The notes beneath the pieces were generated by a model that saw only the letters and a list, made by a program, of their open reading frames with translations, did no database searches and was not told the origin of the DNA. DNA of 64,000 nt. Origin: Bacteroidales bacterium. GTDB taxonomy: Bacteria; Bacteroidota; Bacteroidia; Bacteroidales; JAIOZK01. The stretch spans positions 22,378 to 86,377 of the forward strand of contig JAIPBS010000013.1 of assembly GCA_021738625.1 (NCBI GenBank). Direction: 5' to 3'. Below are positions 63,833-64,000 of the stretch, piece after piece. The first letter of the stretch is position 1. Each line of letters begins with the position of its first letter. The position numbers and the translations under genes are program-made.

Positions 63833-64000
63833 ATGAGCTACGAGTTAACAGGCACTTTGTATGACAAGATGGACACACAGGAGATCAGCGACAAGTTCAG
63901 GAAAAGGGAATTTGTTATGGAAGTTAAAGATATGGTAGGTTCGAATGAATTCGTAAACCTGATCAAATTCCAGTTAACGCAGGACCGCTGCGAGCTGATC
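63833..64000 (+). CDS. DUF3127 family protein (OB-fold); runs off the right edge
   Basis: Not in ORF track. MSYELTGTL...ISDKFRKREFV...IKFQLTQDRC. Confidence 0.8.
   Translation, partial: MSYELTGTLYDKMDTQEISDKFRKREFVMEVKDMVGSNEFVNLIKFQLTQDRCELI

Overview
A 64-kb chromosomal window from an anaerobic Bacteroidota (probably Bacteroidales-like) bacterium. The assignment rests on TAnnTTTG -7 promoter elements, AT-rich leaders without Shine-Dalgarno motifs, and the rpmG-DUF4295-ftsY-rimO gene order. The left 10 kb is a redox/H2 island: hoxF and partial hoxU of an NAD-linked [NiFe]-hydrogenase, hypFCDE, hypAB, a Cys-rich orphan gene, an intact rex, a second rex with an internal deletion, and several Rex-type operators. 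The middle is mostly housekeeping: RSH, floA/nfeD, clpS, pruA, rimO, ftsY, dnaB, xerD and a 2-oxoacid:ferredoxin oxidoreductase operon. It also holds a long KamA-family radical SAM enzyme with glutamate-2,3-aminomutase-type active-site residues and a Cas4-like DUF2779 nuclease. The right part carries four tandem, mosaic, fibre-like FISUMP (Fib_succ_major) proteins divergent from a TPR-LytS/LytTR pair. The intergenic DNA is unusually structured. It includes a candidate sigma54-driven sRNA with an anti-start-codon segment, a dispersed ~100-bp twin-hairpin repeat (one partial copy fused to a truncated DUF2905 gene), a ~377-bp nested palindrome, a pseudoknot-plus-long-hairpin element and heptamer-periodic hairpins. 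I saw no rRNA, tRNA, CRISPR array, transposase or reverse transcriptase. All family assignments come from motif recognition by eye; no database searches were run.
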